A DNA stretch of 64,000 nt from Longimicrobiales bacterium (GCA_965226375.1 CBDDCX010000006.1:224001-288000); one strand, 5' to 3'. Positions 38,264 through 49,321 are shown, numbered from the stretch's first letter. Translations and numbers: made by a program. Notes: generated by a model from the sequence alone, not told the origin.

Positions 38264-38700
38264 GTCGACGACCTGAGGTCCCGGCTACCGGAACCCCCTC
38301 CCCGCAGCAGGATGTACGCCGACAAGACCATCACCACGGCCGGTATGATCGGTTCCTCGGGTTGGAGAGGGAACAGAGAGGGATCGTTGACCACGATGTG
38401 TACGTAGGTCCCCACGATCATGATGTTGAACACGAGCAGGGTGGCGATCCGCGTGTAGAAGCCGATCAGCAAGGCGCCGCCGACGCCGATCTCGATGAGG
38501 GGCACGACCCAGCGATTCAGGTCTTGAAATGGGATGTTCGCCGCCGCGAGTTGTCCGGCGAACGCGGCTCCCAGGACGGGTACAGCGAGCTTCATCACGC
38601 CGGTCATCACGAATAGGATTCCTACGGCGATGCGGATGCCTGCCGCGACTCGGTCGACTCGAGTGTTGCGGGTAGCCCGAAGGGTCTTGGTCAAGTTCAT
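38260..38700 (-). CDS. DoxX-family membrane protein
   Basis: RIAVGILFVMTG..K, EIGVG..LLIGFYTR, GGGS.S.D. Confidence 0.85.
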   Translation of the reverse strand: MNLTKTLRATRNTRVDRVAAGIRIAVGILFVMTGVMKLAVPVLGAAFAGQLAAANIPFQDLNRWVVPLIEIGVGGALLIGFYTRIATLLVFNIMIVGTYVHIVVNDPSLFPLQPEEPIIPAVVMVLSAYILLRGGGSGSRDLRSST

Positions 38701-38824
38701 GGTCACGTCCTCCCTTAGCGTCATGATGGAGTCGGTTCCTCATCGCGAAAACCCGTCGGCAGGCGGATCCGGTCCCGGGGATCGAGGAGCCGGTCCGCCA
38801 GTGCCGGCAGTGAGCGAAGCTGGC

Positions 38825-39256
38825 TCAGTTCCCGATAGCCGGTTCCCAATCCTCGAGCCCGTGTATCGCACGAACGTCCGTGATGACGTCAGCGAACGTG
38901 CGCTCCGGCACGAACTTCAAGTCGTTCCAGCGGGCCACCCCGAGCTCGATGGAGAACTCTTCCAGCATGTGAGGCGCCGTCGTCTCAACGACCCAGAGGA
39001 ACGTGTGCTCGAGACCCGAGTGGTACTGATCCACGACGGCCGTAACACCGTACTTTGCCATCAATGGTCCGAGGTCGGTCTGGCTCAGGGCGATCACCTC
39101 CTTGGCCGTCTCACGATTGTTGATGGGGCAGTCGTGCCGATTGTGGGCGCCGTAGATGCCCCACAAGGTCGGTCCCGCGGCTTGCGCCGAGGCGATTCCG
39201 GGAAGCAATGGTACCGATGCAATTGTCGTGGCGAAGATGAGATGCTTGATGTTCAT
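38825..39256 (-). CDS. Hypothetical secreted protein
   Basis: Signal peptide ending ASAQ; H..HDCP motif; co-oriented with the DoxX and MOSC genes. Confidence 0.7.
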   Translation of the reverse strand: MNIKHLIFATTIASVPLLPGIASAQAAGPTLWGIYGAHNRHDCPINNRETAKEVIALSQTDLGPLMAKYGVTAVVDQYHSGLEHTFLWVVETTAPHMLEEFSIELGVARWNDLKFVPERTFADVITDVRAIHGLEDWEPAIGN

Positions 39257-39373
39257 GACGGTTCTCCATGTGGGTGTCGGGCAAGGGTGGTGCTCGTTCA
39301 TGCTGCTTTCATCGCGGACAAGGCCTGGTCAGTGGTGACCACGTCGTTGGCGATGTCTCCTTAGTGTGGTCTC

Positions 39374-39391
39374 TTACCGAACGTTCGGTAA
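39374..39391. promoter_or_regulatory. Candidate TetR operator (perfect 18-bp palindrome)
   Basis: TTACCGAACGTTCGGTAA; same core occurs at 40016-40029. Confidence 0.8.
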
Positions 39392-39440
39392 AGATCATCG
39401 AAAAATAGAACTCCGCGCTCAGAGTAAGGTCGCATGGGGT

Positions 39441-40010
39441 CTAGTCCGGTTTCCTAAGAAGATCCCGAGGAAGGTTCTTGAGTGTCCGCTGGAAGGGTAG
39501 GACATCACCTTTCGCGCGGGCCATCACGAGACCACCCTGGATGCGGATCAACGCATCCTCGGCCCGCTCGCGCGCCGTGCGTGTCGGGAGACCCGACTCT
39601 CGCAGCATCGTGGCGATGGCTTCGATCCAGGCTTCCATCCCAGCCCTTTGATAGTCCCGCATTCCGCCCTCAACGGTGCCGAAGGAGAGCGCGTCGAGAA
39701 GGCAGGACCGCTTGCCGCCCTCGTAGAACTCACTCAGCTTTACCGCCATCTGTCGAAGACGATCCTCCGGCGGACCCGATTCTGCGAGAGGAGCGAGGGC
39801 ATTTTCCGCCAGCCATTCGCCCGCGCAGTACAGGACGGCCTCGGCCATCTCGGCCTTTCCGCCCGGGAAGCGGTGATAGAGGCTCGCACGCTTTAGCCCG
39901 GTGGCCTCCGAGATCTTGCTCAGGCTCGCTCCCTCGTAGCCGTGCGTGCGGAATACTTCCGTCAGGCACTTCAGCAGCGCGGTGTCGGTGATCTTGGTCA
40001 TGGCAGCCAT
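39441..40010 (-). CDS. TetR/AcrR-family regulator
   Basis: F..HGYEGASLSKISEATGLKRASLYHRFPGGK HTH. Confidence 0.93.
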   Translation of the reverse strand: MAAMTKITDTALLKCLTEVFRTHGYEGASLSKISEATGLKRASLYHRFPGGKAEMAEAVLYCAGEWLAENALAPLAESGPPEDRLRQMAVKLSEFYEGGKRSCLLDALSFGTVEGGMRDYQRAGMEAWIEAIATMLRESGLPTRTARERAEDALIRIQGGLVMARAKGDVLPFQRTLKNLPRDLLRKPD

Positions 40011-40037
40011 ATTATACCGAACGTTCGGTCAAGTCAA
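40011..40037 (-). promoter_or_regulatory. Candidate tetR promoter with embedded operator
   Basis: Minus strand TTGACT-N15-TATAAT (short spacer) overlapping the palindrome ACCGAACGTTCGGT. Confidence 0.65.
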
Positions 40038-40134
40038 CCCCCTTTCGGATCACGTCTCCGAGAGGTGCAGGCCGCGGGATTCGTAGGCGCTCCACATCCT
40101 TGCCGCCCGCGGCCGTGAGGCGCATGGTGACCCC

Positions 40135-40296
40135 ATGAAAGGTTTCCTCAACATGATGGGCATGTCCGTCGGCGGATGGCTGGGCTGGATGATCGGAGCT
40201 CCGATCTCGTTCTTCACAGCTTTTGTGGTCAGCATGGTCGGGACCGGCGTCGGGTTGTACGTGACCCAGCGCACCTTGAAGCGCCTTCTTCCCTGA
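40135..40296 (+). CDS. Small 53-aa membrane protein (not in the ORF track)
   Basis: MKGFLNMMGMSVGGWLGWMIGAPISFFTAFVVSMVGTGVGLYVTQRTLKRLLP; Gly-rich hydrophobic helices. Confidence 0.65.
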   Translation: MKGFLNMMGMSVGGWLGWMIGAPISFFTAFVVSMVGTGVGLYVTQRTLKRLLP

Positions 40297-40310
40297 AGCG
40301 GAGCATCAGG

Positions 40311-40634
40311 ATGTGGGACACGAAAGTGCTCTGGCTCGACGCGGCAGTCGTACTAGGGATCTTCGCGGTCGGTAGCATCTTGTTCGGCCACTTCGAGGAG
40401 CACCGGCCCAAGTGGCGGCGGGTGCTCAAGCTGGTGATCGTCCTAGGGGTGGTGCTGGGACTTTCTGCAACGGTGGGCCGAGCATGGGCCTACGGTGTGT
40501 TGGCCCTACCTCTCCTGGGTGCCCTCGTCATCCACACGTGGTGGCTTCCCAAGAACGGCGTGAACGGATGGACGGGCGAGCCGAAGGAGCGCTACTACGA
40601 GCTGATCGGCCACAGGAAGGGCGATCAGTCTTGA
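40311..40634 (+). CDS. Hypothetical membrane protein
   Basis: Hydrophobic segments; ILFGHFEE..PKWRR..K and H.WWLPKNGVNGWT.EP motifs; GGAG RBS. Confidence 0.75.
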   Translation: MWDTKVLWLDAAVVLGIFAVGSILFGHFEEHRPKWRRVLKLVIVLGVVLGLSATVGRAWAYGVLALPLLGALVIHTWWLPKNGVNGWTGEPKERYYELIGHRKGDQS

Positions 40635-40661
40635 GGCGTGTGCCCGTTGCGCCAGCGCGGG

Positions 40662-41856
40662 TTACGAGGCGTCGCCGAAAAAGCTCTGCATGTCCGGTGC
40701 CGCTGCTGGCGCTCTAGAAATCGCGAGTGGAATGCGCGGGTCGGGCCGGCGCATCGCCGAGAACCGCTCGATGGCTCGTTCCACTGCTCGCTGCTGGGCC
40801 TCCTCGTCCGGCTCCATCGACCAGACGCCGCGCTCCATGGTGGTGCCCAGCGCGATGCCGTCGGAGCGCGGCATACACCCGTACCTGTAATTCACCTCGG
40901 GCTGGGGAACCAGGAACGTGAGTTGCCCTTTGACCGGCATGAGCTCCTGGTCACCGAAGAGATCCCGTGAGCCGAGGGCCGTGCAGTTGATGACGACCGG
41001 CTCGTCCAGGCTCATGAGGTCTCGCGGGGCGTCGAACTTCCGGATGACGATTTTGCCCCCGAACCGGTGGAACTCGGTCAACATGGCGTCGAGGTAGATG
41101 GGCGGTTCGATCCGGATCGTGGGGCGGCGTGTGGCGTACGGTGTCTCGAACGGATGCTCGCCCGGGTAGAGGATTTCACGGCCCGTCTGGAGTTCGGCCG
41201 GCAGCAGAGTCCCTTCTCCGAACTCTCCCCGGTCGACCTCGGTGGGAAGCTCCTGTTGGGTGTTGTACGCGTCGATCCAGGAGACTCCGTAGTGCCGCCC
41301 GGTCATCAACTGGAGCTCCTCGTAGGCGATCTTCGCCGCGCTCCTGAATTGGACGGTCCATTCCGGAGTCGGGTCGTCGGACAGAAGCCCGGAGGTCGGG
41401 GTGAAGCCCCCCCACGCTTTGTTCGAGGTGGTGTCGGGCGGCACGGCCATCGCGTAGATGGTGACGTCGAAGCCGCGCCTCTGGAGCTGCCGGGCGGCGG
41501 CAAGGCCCACTGCTCCGGCGCCGAGGACAGCGGCGCGTCGTGCATCGTGCTCGATTGCCAGGTCGGCCGCCAGCGCTCCGGTGCCCCAGGAAAGCGACAG
41601 GCCGGCCCCGCCATGGCCGTAATTGTGGATGACGGTCTTCGCGTTTGTCAGCGCGGAGCACGAAACCCGACGGTCGGTGCGGACGCAAGCCGACCGTGGT
41701 CCGGATGACGCGCTCCCAAGAGGCCTCGACTGGCGCGAGGTTGAGCATGGGCCGTATAGGCTTTCCGCCGGGTCCACGATTGCGGACCGTACACCCACCC
41801 ATCCCCAGGCCCAGGGCGGCCATGCCGCCGGTCTTCAGCAGGGTGCGTCTGTCCAT
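40662..41856 (-). pseudogene. Tat-exported FAD-dependent oxidoreductase (D-amino-acid oxidase-like), frameshifted near 41640
   Basis: MDRRTLLK Tat signal and TVGLRPHR in one frame; HNYGHGGAG, VLGAGAVG, PVKGQL in another. Confidence 0.85.
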
Positions 41857-41992
41857 GACATCTCCAGAGGGTAGCGAGAATGATACCGCCATGGCCGTCC
41901 AGTCAACCGGAGGGGCTCGAAGCTTACCCAGGGATGGCTTGCCGTATTCCGGATCTCTGAGAGATCGTCCACGGATTCGGCCCTGACCTACC

Positions 41993-44782
41993 CTACATGT
42001 TGATCCAGTAGTTCACCTTGATCAGGAAGATGTTGTCCGGCGGGAGGCCGAAGAGTTCGCCCGCGTCGTTTCCTAGGTCGAACGTACCTACCCCGTTGTA
42101 GCCTTCCTCGGGGTACTCCGAGCCCAGGATCCGCTGGGAGCGACTCTGCTGCCAGACCAGGAACAGAGTCGAGCCCGGGCTCCACTCCCACCGCAGTACG
42201 GCATTTCCGAGAAGGCTCTGATAGTTGAAGTCCCGGTCACTCACCGTGAACGGCTCGGCGGGTCCGCTGCCATCCGGATCGACGAGGTAGTTGCCGTCGT
42301 TACCCCGTCCGATGGTCCCGACATCTTCTCCGTAGGTCAGGAAGTCGAGGGTTCCGGGTGCCTCGAATTCCTTGAGGTTGCCGTAGTTACCGCGTGACAT
42401 GAACGGCTGGGCGAACAACTCGAAGGTGAGGGTCGGAGAGAACGTGATGTTCAGGCGGGTCTCCAGGGAGACGGTCGTCTGATCGATAGGTGCGAAAACG
42501 TAACGACGTCCGTACGTGGAAGTGGCGAACTCGTCGCCTACTGACGTGACGTACTGGGAAGCCGAGAAGCTTCGACTTACGTCCGGCCCGATCCGGAGCT
42601 CCACCTTCTCACCCGACTTGTACGTAAAGTTGATGTTGCCGCTGTGTTTCCAGGAACCGTCCTCCTTGAACTCCCAGTTGTAGCGGGTCCGGAAGCCGAG
42701 CGCCTTCCGGGAGTCGGAGTTGACGTTGACGTTGCCCGACACCTTGCTCGAGCGTCTGGCCATGGGCCCACCACGGGTCAGGCGGTCGTCGTAGGTCTCG
42801 AAGTCGTATGCGCCGCGCACAGACCCGCCCCAGTAGTTGAGAAGTTGGAACCTGAAGTTGCTGTTGAAGTTGGCGAAGATCAGATCGCCGTTCGAGTTCC
42901 ACTTCGCGTCGGGGCTTCCCCACATCCGCCAGTTGCGGAAGTGACGCCCGGGCCGTGGCTGTTGGTAGGAGATGTCCGTATCGACCACAATGCGATCGGC
43001 TTCCGTCTGGAAGCCCATATCGTTCACCTCGTATGCCGGGCTCATTGCCGCCATTGAGAGCTTCATCTGGACGTATCCGGACTGCTTGTTCAGGTCCACC
43101 ATGGCGTAGTATCCGGACAAGGACGTAGCCGTCGAGTCCACGCTCAGGTAGTCAGCATCGGGGCGCTGGAAGTACCGTGCCGAAGCGCGCTGAGTGCCGA
43201 TCATCACCTCTTCGCTTCCCTTGATCAGGCTGGACGCGAAGGCTCCATTGAGTCTCCACCCGCGATCTGCCCACTCGTGCTGGAAATCCAGGCCTGTGGT
43301 GTAGGCCGCTGTGCGGAGGTCCTCAGCGAGCGTCGGGTCGGTGATATCACGATTCACCGCGGTGACCAGGGCGCCGATCCTGGTCTGGCCGGCCCGCATG
43401 TCCCTTCGCGCCCTGCCCAATAGGTAGTTCGTGGCGGGCTCGATGATCGACGAGCCGTCCAGCCCGCCATCGTCGATGTAGTGAGCCGACTCGGCGCCGG
43501 TCACGGCGTCCAGGAGTCCCAGGGACCACCCACCACTCACCTTACCGGTGATCTTGGCCGCCCCACGGATCGTAGTGGCTCCAGGGGCGTCCGAGTACAC
43601 GGCGTCGGACGATACGCCACCCTGGGGCCGACGCCCGATCCGACGCGAGTAGAAGATCTGGGGAGCTCTACCGGTGCTGCCGCCCGGCCCACCCCTTCCA
43701 AATTCAAAAATCTCGGCGCCCTCGACGAAGAAGGGGCGTCGCTCCTGGAAGCGCGTCTCGAACGCCGTGAGGTTGATCACGGCCGGGTCCACTTCGACCT
43801 GGCCGAAGTCGGGATTCACCGTGGCGTCCATGGTCAGGTTCGAGCCGAGGCGGTACTTCATATCCAAGCCCGCTCGACCGAAGTAGTCGGAACCCGAACG
43901 GAACGGGTTCTCGAAGATCACGTCCGAACTTTGGCTTTGGGGAATGTACTCGGCGCTCATCCCGATGTAGGGCAACAACTCGAGCTTCTTGCCTCCTCCG
44001 ATGCCACGGATACCGGACAGGTGGCCGTACCGTGCCACGCCACCGCGCTCGAGTTTGGGCGTGAAAGAAAAGACGGCCCGTTCCTGCCGCCGGTTGATCG
44101 CTCGCTCTACCTGGATGCCCCAAGTCTGCTCCTCATCGGGGCTGAACCGGAGCTGCCCAAAGGGAATGCGAATCTCCACGAACCAGCCGTGGTCCGTAAT
44201 GGACGTAGCCACGTCCCAGATCGGGTCCCAGGAGGTGTCTCCCCCACCGAAACTACGGCCCCCTCCGAAGCGACGTCCGGACTGGACCTCGTCCCGTTTC
44301 ATACCAGACGGGTTCGTGGCGAATCGATACGCAGTCTGGTGATCGTGATAGCTGTCGAAATAGATGACGAAGAAGTCTGAGTCCGAGACGAAGGCGTCCC
44401 GCCGAGCCAGGCGCGTCGTGATCGGCTCCGAGTCGTAGAACCAGCCGCCGATGTATAGGGCGTCGTCGTCATAGAGGAAGCGCACCTCGGTGGGCTCACT
44501 GACGGGCGCGCCCTCGTTCGGATCGTTCTGTGTGAACTCCGTGATGGCTGGTGCTTGCCGCCAAACGGCTTCGTTGAGTGTTCCGTCGACATTGACGGGC
44601 ATGGTCGTACGGATCGCGACGGCTTCGGGAGCCTCGTCGTGAGGCCGAAGCGTCGTGGTGATCGGAGAGGCCGAGTTCTTGGCCTCCGAAGGCCCGATCG
44701 AATCCTGAGCGACCAGGCCGGCGGGGACGAGAATGAGGGCAAGCGCAAGGAGTGCGCTGGTCCACGAAATATATTGGCGCAT
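41993..44782 (-). CDS. DUF5916 / CBM9-like-domain exported protein
   Basis: VDG.LNE..W, TEVRFLYD, W.VEIRIPF.QLRF, TVNPDFGQVE.D, ERRPFFVEG. Confidence 0.85.
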   Translation of the reverse strand: MRQYISWTSALLALALILVPAGLVAQDSIGPSEAKNSASPITTTLRPHDEAPEAVAIRTTMPVNVDGTLNEAVWRQAPAITEFTQNDPNEGAPVSEPTEVRFLYDDDALYIGGWFYDSEPITTRLARRDAFVSDSDFFVIYFDSYHDHQTAYRFATNPSGMKRDEVQSGRRFGGGRSFGGGDTSWDPIWDVATSITDHGWFVEIRIPFGQLRFSPDEEQTWGIQVERAINRRQERAVFSFTPKLERGGVARYGHLSGIRGIGGGKKLELLPYIGMSAEYIPQSQSSDVIFENPFRSGSDYFGRAGLDMKYRLGSNLTMDATVNPDFGQVEVDPAVINLTAFETRFQERRPFFVEGAEIFEFGRGGPGGSTGRAPQIFYSRRIGRRPQGGVSSDAVYSDAPGATTIRGAAKITGKVSGGWSLGLLDAVTGAESAHYIDDGGLDGSSIIEPATNYLLGRARRDMRAGQTRIGALVTAVNRDITDPTLAEDLRTAAYTTGLDFQHEWADRGWRLNGAFASSLIKGSEEVMIGTQRASARYFQRPDADYLSVDSTATSLSGYYAMVDLNKQSGYVQMKLSMAAMSPAYEVNDMGFQTEADRIVVDTDISYQQPRPGRHFRNWRMWGSPDAKWNSNGDLIFANFNSNFRFQLLNYWGGSVRGAYDFETYDDRLTRGGPMARRSSKVSGNVNVNSDSRKALGFRTRYNWEFKEDGSWKHSGNINFTYKSGEKVELRIGPDVSRSFSASQYVTSVGDEFATSTYGRRYVFAPIDQTTVSLETRLNITFSPTLTFELFAQPFMSRGNYGNLKEFEAPGTLDFLTYGEDVGTIGRGNDGNYLVDPDGSGPAEPFTVSDRDFNYQSLLGNAVLRWEWSPGSTLFLVWQQSRSQRILGSEYPEEGYNGVGTFDLGNDAGELFGLPPDNIFLIKVNYWINM

Positions 44783-44906
44783 AGTATCTATTATCCGGAG
44801 AATTACTTTCTTGGTGCGTCATGGAGGGGGCGTAGCGAGCTACCCCCCAATCCAAGACAGCCCAGAAAGATAAAACGTTGAGGGGGCAGAGCGGCAGGGT
44901 AGAGTC

Positions 44907-47110
44907 TTACGGGTTCGTGTCTGCGGGAGACACACGCAGCGTCTGGCGCACCGTGCCGGCCTTCTCCGATGACACCACCACGGTCACACCCACGGGGCGT
45001 TGCGGATTCACTGCCCGGACGGACCAAGAGACCTCTCTCGGCTCGGCGCTGCCTCCGTGGGTACCCGGGAGTACACCGAGGTCGGCAATGGACTCGCCGT
45101 CCACAACCTCGGCGTTTTCGAGCTCGAGGTAGACGCGCACCGGCTTGGCCGTCCCGAGCGTCTGAGCCGCCTGTACCGTCGCTGTGGCCATCCAGCCCAC
45201 GTTGGCAACCACGGCGTCGACACGGATGACGTCTCCTGCAAGACGAGTGGCGGAGGCCTGCCTGATGGCTACGCGCGGCGTCTTCTCGGCAAAGGTGAAT
45301 ACCCATCGGACGTTGCGATCGACTTCGGCGGCGATCATCGGCTCGGGGGGACTCGACGTCGACCAACGGTCCCATCCGCCCAACTCCACACGGCCCAGCT
45401 CGGGGTGATCGAACGGATACCAGTCGATGAAACCTCTCCCACCGAGCACTTGGTCGTTCCAGCTGAAGAGTGCGTCCTGACCTTGGCCGAGCGCGTGAGC
45501 CCACATTTCCGTGGTGATCGCCAGGACACCGAACACCTTGGATGCCCAGTCGTTGAAGACCCCGTGGCCGGGGCTCATCAGATCGACGATCGGCTTCTTC
45601 TCGACGGCGAAGTTTCGGTATCCGGTGAGCGCGATGCCATCCTCCGCTATTCCCCGGTACTCCTCAATGTCCGCCCTTGGAAACTCGAAGTCCTGATCCG
45701 CCAGGGTCGGGAAACGGAGAATGAGGCCGCCGCTGGTGTGGAACGTGTGGATGGCCGCGATGTTCGGCCGCGCGGTGATGTAGGCGACGAGCGCGTGGGT
45801 CTCGGGTTCGGAGAGCGGGAGGGGCCCGACGCGAATTGGGCCGCGCTCCAGTTGGCCGGGAAGTCACGGTTGAGGTCGACGCCTCCGACGCGGTCCTCGT
45901 TGAAACGACCGTCTCCGTCGTTGTCGATGCCCTCTCGCTCCATGCGGTATCTCGGCCTCGCCGCCGCGTCCCCCCGCACCATGCGCCTCGGATCGGTCGG
46001 GTGGATGGACCAGGACCCTTCCGGGTCCAGGAGGCGCATCTGGAGCATACGGCCGTCCCCATCGAGATCCTCGGGTGGATCTTCGTCCATGAGCCCGTCG
46101 CCGTCTTCGTCGACGGGCCGAATGTTCCAACGGTGGTTTGCCGGCGTGTCGACCGAAATGGCGCGGCCATCCGGGTTCACGATCGGGACCACATAGAACG
46201 CGCGTGAGTCCACGAGCTCCGTGATCTCCTGCTCCGTGCCGTATCGTGAGGTCAGCCTCTCTAGGAAGGCCAGTGCCCCCTCGCCCCCGAGCACTTCACC
46301 ACCATGGATATTCCCGTCCACGTAGAAGCCCGGCTTCTCGGCCGCGGGACCTGTGGCGGGGTTGTTGACGTCGACGGCCCAGATAGGCCGGCCGACTCGA
46401 CTCCGCCCGATCTCGTGCAGTGTCACGAGCTCGGGGTAGCGGGCGGCGACCTCCCCCAGATACGTCTCGATCTCAGCGAGCGTGTGGTAGTGGTCGAACG
46501 TGATCAGCGGTGCCTCCTGTGCCGTGATCGCCTGCGGCGGCGCCAGCAACGAGAGAAGCAGGTAGCTCCACCCGAGCCTCCCAGCGCCGACTGCCATCGC
46601 AGCCCCCACTGCCGACTTGACCGCCCCGCCCCCCACGAAAGGGGCCACGCCCTGCTCGAAGGCCGACGCGTAGCCGAGGGTGCCTCCCAGCCTCAGCCAA
46701 CCGAGCAGCAGAATCGCCGCGTGGCCCAGCACCATGGCCCCGAAGGCCGGAGCGAAGCGATTCAGGTGACCTCGTGCGGCGAGCCACCCCACCCCACCCC
46801 CCGCCACGGCGAAGCCGATCAGGTATCCCGCGGTCGGGCCCACCAGGTGCGTCCAGCCGGCCGCACCGTCCGCGAACACGGGAGCGCCGGCCGCGCCGAC
46901 CAGCAGATATGCGGCAATTGCCAGCGTTCCGTCCCTGCCACCGAGGAAGAACCCGACGAGCAACACGGCGAGGGTTTGCAAGCTTTGGGGGACGGGGGAG
47001 CCTGGGATGGGGACGCTGATTCGGGCGGCTACGCCGACGAGCACGACCGCGAGTAGGATCGCGGCGACGCGATGGGCGAGACGGGGTGGGATCCTCTTGG
47101 GCTCAGACAT
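44907..47110 (-). CDS. BioY-like membrane domain fused to an M14 zinc carboxypeptidase; frameshift near 45820
   Basis: PVPQSLQTLAV, Y..VG.AG.PVFA.G, GPTAGYLIGF (BioY), then in frame IHGGE, VNPDGR, DLNRDFP; continuation SEPET, FHTSGG, TTEMW. Confidence 0.8.
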
Positions 47111-47299
47111 CTTCTGGCTTCTGCTCCTGGAACCGATTGGGGAGGACAAGCTAGCCGTGACCCTTGGCCTGCGGCCACTGGGCTGAGGCACGGTGGCCCG
47201 AGGCCTCTTCGTGACACCCGGATTCCCGAGTTGACTAGGACCACCGTGCGACGGACGTTGCCAGATCGCCCCGACCGGGCGCTCTTGAGGAGGGAACCC

Positions 47300-49321
47300 A
47301 TGTCCGACGGATACGATCGCGATCTCGGGATGCACCGGAAGATCACGCGGCGGGACTTCGTGAGTGGCGTGGGTGTTGCCGTCACCGGTTCGATGTTCGC
47401 TCCCGGCCTTCTCTCGCCGCGCCAAGAGCTTTCATGGAAGGACCGGAAGTCGCTGGCGGTGCAGGAGTACTATCCTCCCGCCATGACCGGCATGCGGGGC
47501 AGCCATCCCGGCTCCTTCGAGGTGGCCCATGGACTGCGGGACGGGAACCCTTGGGCGGATGCGGGCCCGGAGGCAGATACCGGTGAGCACTACGACCTGG
47601 TGGTGGTCGGAGCCGGCCTGAGCGGCCTCTCTGCGGCGTACTTCTTTCAGACGTCGGCGGGGCCGGGAGCAAGGGTCCTCGTGATCGACAATCACGACGA
47701 CTTCGGAGGTCATGCGAAGCGGAACGAGTTCACCTACGGTGGCCGCACGCTGTTACTGAATGGCGGGACTTCGAACCTCGAGTCCATCAACCACTACAGT
47801 ACCGTGGCCAGGACGCTCCTGGGTGCTGTGGGCCTGGACCTGGAGAAGGCGAGTGCCGCCAGCGCGGCGAGCGGGCGTTTTTATCGATCGTTGGGCCTGG
47901 GGAGCGCCACCTTCTTTGCCGAGGAGACGTTTGGCGAAGATCGTCTCGTGAAGGGTCAGCCCGGCCGATCCGCCTCGAGCACCAACGCGGCGGCATGGAC
48001 AGAATGGCTTGCCCGGACCCCCATGTCACCCGAGGCGCGCCGGGATATCGCCTGGCTCCACGAGGGTGCGGCTGCCCATCCCGACCATTTGGCCGGGCTG
48101 TCGGACACCGACAAGAAGGAGCGGCTCTCGCGAATCAGCTACAAGGACTTCCTGCTTCGCATGGTCGGCGTACATCCGGACGTCATCCCCTTCTTCGACG
48201 ATCGGCCCAAGGGACTCTTCTGCGTCGGGATCGACGCGTATCCGGCGCTGTACGCCTGGGCCGACGGTAGCCCTGGCTTCCAGGGAATGAGCCTGGAGCC
48301 TTTTCCCCCCGTGGGCCCGCTCACGCACATCGGCGGGGGTCAGCACGGGCGGGAGACCGAGTTCGACGGTGGGCCCACAGTGAACCTCCCGGACGGGAAC
48401 GCCACCCTGGCCCGGCTCCTGGTACGGGCCATGATCCCGGATGCGTTGCCCGGCACGACCTTGGACGACTCCATCATGTCACGCCTGGCCTACGATCGTC
48501 TCGACCGCGAGGGGTCGGACGCTCGCATCCGGTTGAACAGCACCGTGGTCTCGGCGCGCCACGTTGGCGATGCCGACACGGCTCGAGAGGTCGAGATCAC
48601 GTACGTCCGGGCCGGTCGGGCCGAGAGGGTACGGGCGGACCACGTGGTCATGGCCTGCTACAACGGGGTCATTCCCCACCTGTGTCCCGAGATGTCGGAG
48701 CCTCAGAGGGAGGCACTCGCCTATGGGGTCAAGATGCCAATCGTCTACACCAGCGTTCTGATCCGGCAGTGGACGGCCTTTACCAACCTGGGTATCCGGA
48801 GCGCGAACGCGCCGGGAATGTACCATACCGGTATCAGCCTCGGTCGGGCCGTAGAGCTGGGCGACTACCGTCCGTCCCGATCACCCGACGAGCCTATGGT
48901 GCTTCACATGACGCGCACCCCGTGTGCTCCCGGAAGACCCAAGAAGGAGCAGCACCGAATCGGGCGTCAGGATCTCCTGGAGACGTCCTTCGAGACGTTC
49001 GAGCGAAAGATCCGGGACCAGATCGGTCGGACGCTGGCCGGGGGAGGGTTCGACCCGGCTCGAGATATCGAGGCGATCACGGTCAACCGCTGGCCTCACG
49101 GGTACGCGTACAGCTACGACACCCTGAACGACCCCATCGAGTGGGCACTTTTCGCTCCCGACGATCGGCCATGTGTCATCGGCCGGCGGCGTTTTGGGCG
49201 AATTTCCATTGCCAATTCGGACGCTGGGGCGACCCCTCATACCGATGCGGCCATCGACGAGGCCCACCGGGCGGTGCGCGAGGTCTTGAACGTCCGGAGT
49301 CGGGCGAGGGCCGAGGCTTAG
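47300..49321 (+). CDS. FAD-dependent oxidoreductase, spermidine dehydrogenase (SpdH)-like, Tat signal
   Basis: ITRRDFVSG, YYPPAMTGMRGSHPGSFE, VVGAGLSG, DNHDDFGGHAKRNEF, ITVNRWPHGYAY. Confidence 0.85.
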   Translation: MSDGYDRDLGMHRKITRRDFVSGVGVAVTGSMFAPGLLSPRQELSWKDRKSLAVQEYYPPAMTGMRGSHPGSFEVAHGLRDGNPWADAGPEADTGEHYDLVVVGAGLSGLSAAYFFQTSAGPGARVLVIDNHDDFGGHAKRNEFTYGGRTLLLNGGTSNLESINHYSTVARTLLGAVGLDLEKASAASAASGRFYRSLGLGSATFFAEETFGEDRLVKGQPGRSASSTNAAAWTEWLARTPMSPEARRDIAWLHEGAAAHPDHLAGLSDTDKKERLSRISYKDFLLRMVGVHPDVIPFFDDRPKGLFCVGIDAYPALYAWADGSPGFQGMSLEPFPPVGPLTHIGGGQHGRETEFDGGPTVNLPDGNATLARLLVRAMIPDALPGTTLDDSIMSRLAYDRLDREGSDARIRLNSTVVSARHVGDADTAREVEITYVRAGRAERVRADHVVMACYNGVIPHLCPEMSEPQREALAYGVKMPIVYTSVLIRQWTAFTNLGIRSANAPGMYHTGISLGRAVELGDYRPSRSPDEPMVLHMTRTPCAPGRPKKEQHRIGRQDLLETSFETFERKIRDQIGRTLAGGGFDPARDIEAITVNRWPHGYAYSYDTLNDPIEWALFAPDDRPCVIGRRRFGRISIANSDAGATPHTDAAIDEAHRAVREVLNVRSRARAEA

